The notes beneath the pieces are model-generated. The model had not been told where the DNA came from. It did no database searches and was given only the letters and a program-made list of their open reading frames with translations. 64,000 nucleotides of DNA from Eledone cirrhosa (lineage: Eukaryota), in the NCBI GenBank assembly GCA_964016885.1, contig OZ024743.1, positions 242,916,001 to 242,980,000 of the forward strand, read 5' to 3'. Each line of letters begins with the position of its first letter. Position 1 is the first letter of the stretch. Below, piece after piece: positions 38,041 to 50,530 of the stretch. Made by a program: the position numbers and the translations under genes.

Positions 38041-39221
38041 TTATATATATACATATGTATATATATATGTATGTGTGTGTGTACACATACCTATATATTT
38101 ATTCTGGACATAGATTAAGCAGAAGTGTTGACATTCAAGTGGTGGGTGAAATGTGAACTTGTGGACTGCATGTATCTTTTCTCAGGACATTAGAAACATA
38201 AGAAGAATGTTGAATATTGAAATAGCATTCTCTGCAAATGGAAACCGAATCTGGGAATCAACTCACTGATTGAAGGAATCTCTCTCTCTCCCTCCCTCTC
38301 CCCAACCTCTCTCTCTTTCCTTCCCTCCCCCAACTCTTTCTCACTCACTCTCTTTAACAGTATTCACCACATCTCAGATATATTGCAGCTGACAGTCTCT
38401 GCTGAACATTTCATGCAGAAAGGCGTTTGCTGCAGAAATAACCAGCTGCTATTCTATGTATGTGTAGTAGTTCTATTTATAGTTACTGGGTCATTAGAAC
38501 GAGCTTTCCTTTCATTTCCTTTGTTGTTGTTATTGTTATTCCTTATTTTTATATCTACACACGTATCTATTATATCTATATATGCACACATATATGGGTC
38601 AAGCATTCAACCTTCAACTGATGCGAATGTATCGATTTGTAGAAATAAGAGAACACGAAACTGCTGTGTGGGTAGAAAGAGGAAGTATTCCATAAAATTT
38701 ACACCAATATATTACTGGTATTTTATAGAATCAATAATAATACCGCCACCACCACCCCACCACAACAACCACAAATACAACAACACAACAGCAATATTTT
38801 GACAGAAGGCTACAAAAGTCGTAATTTCCTAAACACAAAGACAACTTAATTTAGATGAAGATTTAGTAAACAAAATTCACCTCAATTTATTACTGGTATG
38901 TATTTTATCTAAATTGTGGGACTATAACTAACATCCAAATACTGGATGAAAAGGAAAAGGCAGCTTGTGGAATGTACTAATTTGATTTTAAGTACAATAT
39001 TAAATTGTAAATGAGAAAGGTATAGTTGAGTAAAAAGGACAGAAATTACTGGTATCATTATCAACATCTTTATTGATTTCAGTTATTAAACTGCAGCCAT
39101 GCTGGAGCACCACCTTCATTTAGTCAATTATAACGAACCTAGTACTTATTCTTTTAAGTCTGGTACTTATTTTATCGATTTGTTTTTGGCAAACTGCTAA
39201 GTTACATGTCACACACACACA

Positions 39222-39560
39222 CATCATCATCATCATCATTTTACGTCCACTTTTCCCTGCTTGCAAGGGTGGGACGGGAACTGATTCTGGCTTGATTTCT
39301 ACAGCTGGAGGCCCTTCCTAACACCAACCTCATTTACAGTGAGTGCTGGGTGCTTTTTGGCCGTGGCACCTACACGTCCACTTTACAGTGGAATGATAGG
39401 GACCCCAATCCCTATCATCTCATTTCTACAGCTGAGTAAACTGGAGCAATGTGAAATAAAGTGTCTTGCTCAAGGAAACAACACATCACCCTGTCTGAGA
39501 ATTGAACTCACAACCTTTCGATTGCAAGGCCAATGTTCTAACCACTAAGCCATGTGCCAC
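39222..39560 (-). mobile_element. Composite tRNA/RTE-tail SINE (young family A)
   Basis: Highly similar over the full length to 42641-42980, 47468-47810 and 55158-55495. Confidence 0.9.
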
Positions 39561-39660
39561 ATATATATATTCAGAAGTAGTTTACCTAAATTTTTTCAGC
39601 CATTATATATAGTGGTTGACTATTATTATAGTCGTCTAGACTGGAACGTCTACTTTTCAA

Positions 39661-39754
<94 letters not shown>

Positions 39755-39757
<3 letters not shown>

Positions 39758-39841
39758 AAAACATGTTAAATATTGATATATATTTATTACTCTATTATGT
39801 GTTCCAGCCAGCCGGCAAGGTGAGACCATGCTGGGGCACTG

Positions 39842-39875
<34 letters not shown>

Positions 39876-39962
39876 CAGTGCCCCAGCATGGTCTCACCTT
39901 GCCGGCTGGCTGGAACACATAATAGAGTAATAAATATATATCAATATTTAACATATTTTCCC
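39755..39962. repeat. Near-perfect palindrome: two 90-bp arms around a (TA)n centre
   Basis: 39755-39844 versus 39873-39962, with one mismatch seen. The arms contain the GGCAGTGCCCCAGCATGG retroposon tail motif. Confidence 0.93.
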
Positions 39963-41126
39963 TATATATATACAATGGGCTTCTATCAAACTCCACTCAC
40001 AAGACATTGGTTAACCCAAGACTATAGAAGGCACTTGCCCAAGGTGCCACGTAGTGGGACTGAACTCAGAACCACATTGTTGCGAAGCAAACTCCCTAAC
40101 CTCACAACCATAAAGGCACTCAGAAGAAGGTACTAAAATAATAGTATTTTCTCTAGTATACTTATCATAAAATTTAAGTGAGGGTGGGGGCAGGTACTTC
40201 TATTCCATATATGAACTAATAGAAGAGATGGAGAATAAGTGTGAACAGGAATGGAGAAAAGATGAGGGAGAAAAGCAGAAACAGCAGAGGGTGCAGTTCA
40301 TAAGTAAGGCAGCATTTATATAGTTTTTAACATTGAAATCCTGATAGACTTGTGGGACATGAAGTTGTTATTGTGTTTAGCTCCAGATCAACTCACATTG
40401 AGCAGGCCTATAACTAAAGGTATTCCAGCTATAAACATAGCTTCTTTTTGTATATCTAAAACTACATTCACCAATGTACCCTTTCATTTTTTAAAAAGTA
40501 AGTAGAATATGATTTGAGTGAAATCTGGCTACTATTTCTAACAGATATAGCGACCTATGTAAAAGAAACAGGAAGGAAGCTGTTATTTTTGTTGTTTATC
40601 CCCCAGATCAGCTCTGATCAAGCAGACATGATCAAAGATATTGCAAATGTGACCATCCCATCTATTTGTATATATGCAATGAATTAACGCAGTCGTTAGG
40701 CCATCAGATTAAATGCCTCGGTATCTGTTACGGGTTTCTGCACTTTGAGTTCAGGTTGACTTTGCCTTTCATTTTTTTTGTGAATCAATAAATAAAGTGC
40801 TGGTTCGTCCAAGGAGTGGTAGGTATCTTTTCCGACTCTGTACGTTTTGAGTTCAAATCCCACCTTCATTCACCAGAAACATCTGTCAGGAGTTGTGACC
40901 AATAGATAGCATCTGCAATGGAAACCTACTTTCTGTTGATCCGATCTGATGATTGGCTTCTTTCATTTTTTGTATATTTGTCCAATGTGTTTTTTCTTTA
41001 TCTTTTCTTTTTAAAGAAAGATGTAATTTGAGGGTGATTTTGGTTGCTATTTCTACCAGATATAGTGGATAAGTACACAGTCCCTTGACTCAATCTCTTA
41101 GTGGAGGAAAGCCTGAAGGATAAGAC

Positions 41127-41127
<1 letters not shown>

Positions 41128-41159
<32 letters not shown>

Positions 41160-41598
41160 ATATGTATGTCAGTGTGTGTGTGTGCATGTGTTGCTGTGTG
41201 TATCTGAGTGCATGAGTACATGTGTTGGTGTGTGAGTGCATGACTGTGTGTGAGTGTGTGTGTCACTTTGTGAGTGTGTGCGCGTGTGTTGTGTGTCTGT
41301 GTATCTGTGAGTGTTGTGTGTGACTGTATCTGTGTGTGTGTGTGTGACTGTATCTGTGTGTGACGAGTGTTGTGTGTGTGACTGTATGTGAGTGTGTGTG
41401 TGTGTGACTGTATATGTGTGTGTGTGTGTGACTGTATCTCTGTGAGTGTGTGTGTGTGACTGTATCTGTGTGTGTGTGTGTGTGACTGTAACTGTCAGTG
41501 TGTGTTGTGTGTCTGTGACTATCTGTGTGTGCGTGTGTGACTGTATCTGTATCTGTGTGTGTGTGTGTGACTGTATCTGTGAGTGTGTGTTGTGTGAC
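41128..41598 (+). repeat. Complex (TG)n / TGTGACTGTATC repeat
   Basis: Direct reading. Confidence 0.85.
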
Positions 41599-42068
41599 AA
41601 CCAGCTATCTGAACAATGAAATGCAATAAGGGAAGGGGCGGGCGGTATAACAGTGGAAGAGAGGGGAAAGGGGGGTTGTTGATGAGAACGAGGCCAGTTG
41701 TGGTGACGATGATGATGATTATGATAGTTTCACTGATTGTGAGTGTTGATAATTTTTAAAGAAAATACCCCAGTGAATAAATTGCAAGTTCGACCTCCTC
41801 CCCCCACACTCACCACCACCACCTAGTAAATGCTGTTTAGAGATGTTACTCTTAACCCCTCCCCCACGAATGTAGGTGTTATGGGGGGGGGGGGGTATTT
41901 AAAAACAAAAACAAAAAAAAAAGATTTAGAAAATATTTCAGTTTCTGATGCCATAGTACCATTACACTGCATATATACTATGTATATCCTAATTATATAC
42001 ACTACATAAACTATGTATAACCTAATTATATACAGTATATATACTATGCATAACCTAGTTATATATAC

Positions 42069-42121
<53 letters not shown>

Positions 42122-42494
42122 TATGTATATATATCATCATCATCATATATATACATAGTATATATATATATATATGTATATATATATACTATGTATATAT
42201 ATACTATGGATATATATATATATACTATGTATATATATATACTATGTATCACCAGGTTATATACAGTACATATATTATGTATGTATACTATATACAACCT
42301 GTTTATATATATATAATATATCTATATATGTATAACCTAGTTATATAATATATCTATATATGTATAACCAGGTTGTATATAGTATACATACATAATATAT
42401 GTACTGTATATAACGTGGTGATACATAGTATATATATATATATATATATATATACATAGTATATATATATATATATATACATAGTATATATATA

Positions 42495-42532
<38 letters not shown>

Positions 42533-42555
42533 TATGTATATATATATATATATAC

Positions 42556-42606
<51 letters not shown>

Positions 42607-42640
42607 TATGTATCACCAGGTTATATACAGTACATATATT

Positions 42641-42980
42641 CATCATCATCATTTCATTTTATGTCCACTTTTTCCCTGCTTGCAAGGGTGGGACGGGAAC
42701 TGATTCTGGCTTGATTTCTACAGCTGGATGCCCTTCCTAACACCAACCTCATTTACAGTGAGTGCTGGGTGCTTTTTTGCCGTGGCACCTCCACGACCAC
42801 TTTGCAGTGGAATGATAGGGACCCCAGTCCCTATCATCTCATTTCTACAGCTGAGTAAACTGGAGCAATGTGAAATAAAGTGTCTTTCTCAAGGAAACAA
42901 CACATCACCCGGTCTGAGAATTGAACTCACAACCTTTCGATTGGAAGGCCAATGCTCTAACCACTAAGCCATGTGCCTCC
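42641..42980 (-). mobile_element. Composite tRNA/RTE-tail SINE (family A) with ATATT TSD
   Basis: Full length. ATATT at 42636-42640 and 42981-42985. An empty-site paralogue lies at 42241-42345. Confidence 0.92.
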
Positions 42981-43351
42981 ATATTATGTATGTATACTAT
43001 ATACAACCTGTTTATATATATATAATATATCTATATATGTATAACCTAGTTACATATAGTATATACACTATATATAACCTCGTTATATATGGTATATGGT
43101 CATGACAAAGCGTCCACCCTACACTGTAAGCTGGTTGTGTAAGTGTCACAACAAAAAGCACCACCACTCACTGTAATGTGGTTGGCGTTAGGAAGGGCAT
43201 CCAGCTGCAGAAACCGAGCCAAAAGCAGTTCTGTTTGAGCAAGACATGGTCACCTGACCTGGTCTATCTCACAACAGAACAACTCGTCTAACCCATGCTA
43301 GTGTGGAAAATGGACATCATTAAATGGTGATGATGATTATATATATATATA

Positions 43352-43994
43352 CAGGTGGCTTGCTGTCTCATCCAAAGACGTGCGCAGAGTCATGCAGACA
43401 AAGTTTCCAGCGACAACATTGGTCTTAGGTGTCGTCAGCAGTCAAGGTGACGTCATGTCACCTCACTTCTTCCCTGAGGGCCTCAAGCTTAACACCGATG
43501 GCTACATCCGCATTCTGAGCGAGGTAGTAAAGCTCTGGATCGACCAGGTAGCTGCAGGTAGGCCGTACGTGTGGCAGTAAGACTCAGCGCCCTACCATAC
43601 CAGCCGAAAGACCCAAGCCTGGCTGTCAGAGAACTTTGTCGACCACACTTCACCTGACATCTGGCCTCCCAGCTCGCCTGACTGCAACCCCCTTGACTTC
43701 TTTGTGTGGGGCGCAGTGGAACGAGACACCAATAGATCTAGCTGCAATACGTAAGACGATCTGAAGGCCAGGATCACAAGTGCCTTTAGGGGCCTAAGTC
43801 GCAGGACAGTGACGAAGGCCTGTAGCCGCCTTGAGGCCGTCATCAAAGCCAATGGTAGGTTTATCGAGTGAGATTGAAAGAACAAGTCATGAAGACAAAC
43901 TGACCCAAGTTTGATAAATAAATCTAAAAAATAAAACTACTGTGTTATTTTTTCCTAGACAGTAATCTTGCGAACAAATATCGTCCGCACCCTG
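43352..43994 (+). mobile_element. Tc1/mariner DD37D (maT) transposon remnant
   Basis: RWLAVS..MQTKFPA..VLGVVSSQG..WQ*DSAPYH..WPPSSPDCNPLDFFVWG, with 37 residues between the 2nd and 3rd Asp. In-frame stops are present. The right end is ..GTCCGCACCCTG-TA, embedded in (TA)n. Confidence 0.92.
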
Positions 43995-44453
43995 TATATA
44001 TATATATATATTTAACCATAAGAGGCTCATACTATATAGTGCAACATTGCACACTATATAGAGTATGAAAAAATAAATTTATAGTTCACACCTATGTAGC
44101 TTTACCTGGCCTGTGAGGTTACACCTCATAGGTTTCTTTGGTATTTTAATGTTAGGGAATCTCAACCCTTTTTGGCATTTTACAGAATATTTAGTGAGTG
44201 AAAATTGGTAGGCAGAAACAGCAAAAGCTTGTATATACTAATAGAAATCTCTTGCCCAAGGTTTTACACAGTGGGACTAAACCTAAAATCACACGGGTGT
44301 GAATTGAACTCCTTAACAACACAGTAATGCCTGTGTGTATTTTGGAATTTTAATGAATTAATCATTACCTTATAATGCCAGATTCTCACAGTCTCATGTT
44401 TTCAGCATTAATAAGGATGGATTCAGCCAGGCTAAATTCCCTTAAATATGTCA

Positions 44454-44876
44454 ACCCTTCTAATACCAAACCGGTTAAAACCATCTCTGGTTCTACAATA
44501 CAAAGCTGTTTAGTTTCAAGTATATATATTTATCTAAAAATCTCCCATTGTAATTTCATACAAGGACCTTTGTTAAATTATATCTCAAACACCAACTTAA
44601 TAAGAAAGTTTATATTTACTAAATCCCTCCAGATTCTTGATTATTTTCAAGATTATTTGAAAATCATAAGCAGTTTCTTTTAGTAAAGATATAAGAAGTG
44701 TTTTTCAGTAAAAATATAGTAATGAAAGAGTTAAGAACATAGACAGAAATTTTCAATAGAAATATAACGAAAGGTTTAAGGATATAGGCTGTGTCTTTCA
44801 GTAGAAATATAGTAACGAAAGGTTTAAAGACATAGGCTGTGTCTTTCAGCAGAAATATGGTAATGAAAGGTTTATA
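44454..44876. mobile_element. piggyBac-like MITE family member with tandemly reiterated right end
   Basis: Starts AACCCTT..ATACCAA and ends with four AAATATRGTAAYGAAAGGTTTAA-like units. Relatives occur at ~15770, 27752, 36300-36398, 50560-50768, 52665-52935 and 54047-54397. Confidence 0.6.
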
Positions 44877-45926
44877 TTTGTAAAATAACAATTTCAATGA
44901 ACCCCCCAAAGAATCAATTATTCTGAAAAAGTAAATTGCTGGAGTCAAATTTTTAAAAAAACTGTGATCCACTAAGATCTCTTGCCACTGAGCAATCCAC
45001 TGAGCAATACCAAGAGATTTCAGTGGAAGGAAGATGCAGTAGAGGAAGATCTGGGCACAATTGATGAGAAATTATCACATAACGTTGAACCGCAAATTGG
45101 TGATGACGAAGAAATAAGTGGAGGAAGGCTATGCTGGAAAAGACTTGTCCACCCATACCAGTATGGAAATGTAGATATAAGCTGATGACGGTGGTGGTGA
45201 TAATGATAGTGGGGGTGGGGGTGATAATGGTGGTGGTAATGATAGTGGGGGTGATAATGATGGTGGTGGTGGTCGTGGTGATAATGATGATGGTGGTGGT
45301 GGTGGTAGGGATAATGATGGCAGTGGTGGTGGTGGTGGTGGTGGTGATAATGATGATGATGGTAAACTATTCCATTTCTAGTCGGGCACATTAAACAATT
45401 TTATTTTTTCTAATTCTATTTCATTTATTTAGTTTGTCTTTTTTTGTTTATGTTTACTTTTGACATAGAAATCTTTTAGCAACAACATCAACAACATCTG
45501 AACTATTTTTGTTATGTAAAGTAAAATAAATTTGTTTTAATATTTTTTTTCCTCTAAAGTACAGTTCAGTTCAACACAGTAATTCAATAGGACACACATA
45601 CATATTTAAAGTTTTCCCAGATGTTAGTTATAATTGCCTTCTGGTAAGTAAATGAATATGTGTGTGTGTATATGTATGTGTGCACATGTATGTGTGTATA
45701 CATACATTTAAAAAATGTTTAAGTCACTTCAAATATCTACATAACTAACAAAATCACAGTATTATACACAACTCAATACAAGAAAAATAATTTAAAAAAT
45801 TAATTCAGTAAAAAAATCACTACAAATACAATTGAACCTTGGTTCACAAACTTATTTCATTCCTGAAGGCCATTTGTCAGCCGAAATATTCATAAAAACC
45901 AAAACTATTTTTCCATACAAAATATT

Positions 45927-46110
45927 TGTTTCTACTTTAGGCACAAGGCCAGCAATTACCCAGTGCATTACTGGTACTTTATTTTATCGACCCCGTAAGG
46001 ATGAAAGGCAAAGTCAACCTCGGCGGGATTTGAACTCAGATCGTAAAGGGACGTAACTATGCTGGAAAGCATGGCGTCCGAACCTCTACCGATACTGCCA
46101 ATCCACCGCC
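45927..46110 (-). mobile_element. Nin/Deu-domain-like tRNA SINE with 20-bp TSD
   Basis: Contains CTTTGCCTTTCATCCTTACGGGGTCGATAAAATAAAGTACCAG. TSD ATTTTTCCATACAAAATATT at 45907-45926 and 46111-46130. Confidence 0.9.
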
Positions 46111-46319
46111 ATTTTTCCATACAAAATATTGAGAGAGGGAATGTGTGTGAAAGATAAATAGATATCATCATAGTAACTAACTACACAGCAAGTAACGTTT
46201 TCCCGCCAATACTCCAAGTTTGTTGCTGGCTTGTGTGTTCTTTATTCAAGACATCGTTTGTGAACTGAGACGTTTTATGTTCGGAAAAATTGTTTGTGAA
46301 CCGATTTGTTCATGATTTG

Positions 46320-46870
46320 TTCAGAGCCATGCAGCATAGCACTTCACACACAGGTGACATACAGCAGGCATTTCATTTAGAGGGAGAAACCTTTTTTGTC
46401 AACAGAAGTAGTTCCCTAAACTTCTTCCAACTTATCCTTATACTAGTTACTATGATCTCAGAGCACCCTCCTCTACTACTAATTAACTCACCTAGATAGC
46501 AGAAGCTATCAACCACTTCTATGGATCCCTCATGGAAAAGATTTATATCATTGTCTCTGAACATTAACTCTGAACATTTTCTACATACAAAATTTCCTTT
46601 CCTGTTAGTCTGCCTGTTATCCCACTATATCTCTTGTGTACCCCAAATTTTCATTGTGTACATTGTATAGAGTTTATGCCTTATCCTCTTCTACATGTTG
46701 AGCAGGAACACTTCTTTGAAGGAATCAGGGTCCTATCTTCTTTCCTACTTACTAACACTCATTCTTCACCCAACATTATAATACATACACATCACATGTC
46801 CTTACCAGCACAGTCTTCTTTCCTGCACACTATATCTGATTCCTCTTATATCCAGTTTTTCTCATGCTGA
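46320..46870 (-). mobile_element. Decayed RTE-PHD LINE fragments
   Basis: GSIEVVDSFCYLGELISSRGGCSEIIVTSIRISWKKFRELL, plus remnants of the CSTCRRG..NSIQCTQ finger. Confidence 0.75.
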
Positions 46871-46974
46871 TCATCTCATTCTTTGCTCCCAAAAGATCAT
46901 CATACAAACACATATAGTATATTATTATCATTGAGTGTTTACTGTTCTTGTCTGTTCTTTATTTTTTTCTGCAG

Positions 46975-47105
46975 GTAATGCACATATGCCCAAAGATCGA
47001 GTCACCCAGAGCCACCAACGTTATGGGTTCATAGAGTTCATAGAAGATGATGCTGACTATGCAATAAAAATTCTGAACATAATCAAGCTGTATGGCAAAC
47101 CAATA
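46975..47105 (+). pseudogene. SF3B4: Isolated SF3B4 (SAP49) RRM1 exon fragment
   Basis: [43 protein letters not shown] matches the remembered SF3B4 sequence [44 protein letters not shown]. It is preceded by a polypyrimidine tract and CAG, carries a G>R change and a one-codon deletion, and is truncated by a LINE tail. Confidence 0.88.
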
Positions 47106-47107
47106 GA

Positions 47108-47307
47108 TATCTTCTTCTTTGCCCACTTATTCCTGAGAGGGTCATGTGGTAGAATTCCTCAAACACTCCTTCCAGCGGGTCCTGTCTTAAACTGATCCAG
47201 CTGGATCCTCAAGTAAGACCAGCCAAGCTCATGGATGTTATCCAACCATCTTGCTTGGGGTCTACCCCTGGGTCTGTTGTCGGTTGGTTTTGCCCATAAA
47301 ATCTGTC
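47108..47307 (-). mobile_element. RTE LINE 3' end
   Basis: Minus strand encodes QILWAKPTDNRPRGRPQARWLDNI and ends in (GAA)n. Confidence 0.8.
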
Positions 47308-47467
47308 CAAGATTCATGATCATAGGTAAGGGTTGACACCAATAGGTTTGAACAAGGTAAATATTATTTCACTTGCCTCATTCTGCTTGACATTTTTAAC
47401 ATAAGCAACAACAAAACATACACTACATTGTATATATAACTTTATCGTTTTACACCAAACATACACT

Positions 47468-47810
47468 GGAGGCACATGGCTTAGTAGTTAGAGCATTGGC
47501 CTTGCAATCGAAAGGTTGTGAGTTCAATTCTCAGACCGGGTGATGTGTTGTTTCCTTGAGCAAGACACTTTATTTCACATTGCTCCAGTTTACTCAGCTG
47601 TAGAAATGAGATGATAGGAACAGGTCCCTATCATTCCACTGTAAAGTGGACGTGTAGGCGCCACGGCAAAAAAGCACCCAGCACTCACTGTAAATGAGGT
47701 TGGTGTTAGGAAGGGCATCCAGCTGTCTGTAGAAATCAAGCCAGAATCAGTTCCCGTCCCACCCTTGCAAGCAGGGAAAAGCGGACGTAAAATGAAATGA
47801 TGATGATGAT
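47468..47810 (+). mobile_element. Composite tRNA/RTE-tail SINE (family A) with ATACACT TSD
   Basis: tRNA head with A box TGGCTTAGTAG and B box GAGTTCAATTC, CCTTGAGCAAGACACTT core, RTE-like tail and (GAT)n. TSD at 47461-47467 and 47809-47815. Confidence 0.9.
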
Positions 47811-48509
47811 ACACTATACTGTATATACAACTTTATTATTCTATACCAAACATACACTACACTGTATACAAAATATACATTACACTGTATACAACTATTT
47901 ATACAAAACACACTACACTAGTCAACTTTATTAGTGTAGTTCTGCATTTGAAAAAGTTTGGGAAACCCTGCTCTATACCAAACATACACTAGACAACTGT
48001 ATTACTTTATACAAAGAAACAATCAACAACCAGAACCGAAATAATTTCTGTACTTTCCTACTCCATCCTGTGGTTGGTATGCAAAGTTATTAGTGTAGAA
48101 CAGAATACTATACAGTATTTCTTTACTGGTTTCAGACAGTGGTCATGCTGGGCACTACCTTTGAGTAATTTGGTCGAGTAAATCGAACCATGTACACATT
48201 TTTGTTTGAAGTCTCATATTTATTTTATCAATCTCTATTTGTCAAACCACTATGTTACAGGACATAAACCCAGATATGAACACACACACACACACACATA
48301 TATTGTTACCCATCTGCATTGTCGAGGCTTCCAAAAAGACTATTTCAAAATATATATATATATATGTACACAGTGGTATCACACCCGACCTAAATTCAAG
48401 CGACATGAATTTCAATTCTTTGTAGTGCCTGCCTGCTGGTCACCTTTTCTGTCCCTAGGGGTAATTTACCTGGTTCTTTAAAGCTATTATTATTTATAGT
48501 AATTTCAAG

Positions 48510-48695
48510 GGCGGTGATTTGGCAGTATCGGTAGAAGGTCAGGCGCCATGCTTTGACATATAGAGTTACGGCCCTTGCCATTCTGAGTTCAAATCCTGCC
48601 GAGGTTAACTTTGCCTTTCATCGTTACGGGGTCGATAAAATAAAGTACCAGTAATACACTGCCGAATTGCTGGCCTTGTGCTAAACGTAGAAACA
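48510..48695 (+). mobile_element. Nin/Deu-domain-like SINE with 18-bp TSD
   Basis: ATTATTTATAGTAATTTC occurs on both sides. Confidence 0.88.
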
Positions 48696-49781
48696 ATTAT
48701 TTATAGTAATTTCTGCATTAGGATTCCAACATTTCAAATATATCATCATCATCATTATCATCATTTAATGTCCATGTTTCCATGCTAGCATGGGTTAGAC
48801 GAGTTATCCTATTATTAGACAAGTCAAATCAGGTGACTGTGTCTTGCTCATACAGAACTGTTTCTGGTTTAGTGTCTACGGCTGGATACCCTTCTTAGCG
48901 CCAACCACATTTAAAGAATGGACTAGATACATTTTATTGTGGCATCAAAACAACCAACTGACATAAATATATATGTGTGTGTGTAGAGAGAGAGAGAGGT
49001 GACAAGCTTTTGCCGTTTCCACCCACCAAATTTCAATCTCAAGGTATTGGTCAACCTGAAGCTACAGATGAAGATACTTGCTCATGGTGCATGGTTGGTT
49101 GCAAAACAAACACCTTAAACATACAATCATGCCTGCACTTATTTCTTCCAGTTCTTTGCACTCTCAGTTCAAATCCTGCTGAGGTCAACTTTACCTTTCC
49201 TTAATTTAGAGGTTAAGAAAATAACAGTATGGTGAGGTCTAAGTCTAAAGTCTGTCTCAAGCCCGGTGGCTCATCAGACCAGTACTTATCCCGGTTTCCA
49301 TGACGTGAAGTGACTGAGAGTACAAGACTTGGACAGGATTAAACCCCCCAGCTATTGCTGGTACTCATTTTTATCTGAGTATACTGGAGCAACATGAAAT
49401 GAAGTGTTTTGCTCAAGAACACAACACACAACCCAGTCCAGAAATCAAACTCATAACATTATGATCATAAGTCCAACACCCTTACCACTAGGCCACACAC
49501 CTCCATAGTCTAGGGTGGTGGATAGGTGGGATTGTTAGCAGTATATGTTCTCGTTCTTTACATTCTGAGTTCAAATCCTGCTTTGGCCTGCCTGGGTCAT
49601 GGGCTTAATCCATCACGCAATTTAACATTTCCACATAGCACTTGGGTACCTTCAGCAGAGTCCACTATATTGTAAGTATTCAGACCAAATCTTTGGTGTC
49701 AAGACACCTTCCTCTCTCTCTCCCTCTACACACACACATACATGCACACATATATACATACCCATACACGCATATATACAT

Positions 49782-49826
<45 letters not shown>

Positions 49827-50194
49827 CACAAACACACATACATATATATAGAGAGAGATATGTTTATGTGTGTGTGTATATATATAAACTTTAAATTTCA
49901 TTCTATGTACAACATTCTTTAGATCGATGTGAATCGAGTCTGAAATCACATTAGTCTGAAAACGGTTCTATTTATCATGAGAATTAAATATTCTAATTAA
50001 TGAGACCATATTTAAGGCACTATGCATTAAAAATCTAATAATATTAGTCAATGACTAATATTATCTTTTCCCTATCACATAATTATTTCTAATTACCATT
50101 TTACTGCTTGCTGTATTAAATATCTTAACACTAACTTAACTGATGTCCTATTTAGTTATAGGAGAGGAGACAGGCCTGTATGTTTTAAATCACC

Positions 50195-50282
50195 AATCAT
50201 TTAGCTCAATGGGACAGAGCGCACAGCCAGAATTTGAGAGGTACAAAGTTTGATTCTCTGTAGCAGCTGCTGGCCACTTTTT
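50195..50282 (+). pseudogene. Decayed tRNA-like sequence or SINE head
   Basis: TAGCTCAATGGGACAGAGCGC (D arm/A box), GTTTGATTCTC (decayed B box) and a downstream T run. The acceptor stem does not pair. Confidence 0.45.
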
Positions 50283-50294
50283 AACCTGAGGGCT

Positions 50295-50530
50295 CTCTAC
50301 ATGGGGTGGATGTAGATGTTTTCAAGAAACATCTCAACATTCTACTGACCAAGATCTCAGATGAACCAACAGTACGAGATGAAATACAAATAAGGGCAGC
50401 AGCAACAAACTCCCTCTAACATCATTGGCTAACCAAGGAAGGCTAGCTAGAGAAAATTTAGCAGCAATGGCAATGCTCCAGAATGGTCTCAGTCAATCAG
50501 CTGCAACAGGTAAAGGAGTGAAAGAGTAAA
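50295..50530 (+). mobile_element. CR1-like LINE 3' end
   Basis: LHGVDVDVFKKHLNILLTKISDEPTVRDEIQIRAAATNSL resembles CR1-group ORF2 C-termini. A tail GGCAATGCTCCAGAATGGTCTCAGTC..CTGCAACAGGTAAA follows. Confidence 0.6.

Noticed and set aside
40940-40970. CTGATGA as a hammerhead or snoRNA box
   Set aside because: There is no downstream stem II/GAAA and no convincing C/D terminal stem.
46935-47195. Functional SF3B4 gene
   Set aside because: Only part of one exon is present, with damaging changes. The ORF ends are intron-like and LINE sequence.
47468-47540. tRNA-Cys gene (TTGCAAT loop)
   Set aside because: It is the head of a multi-copy SINE and the acceptor stem does not pair.
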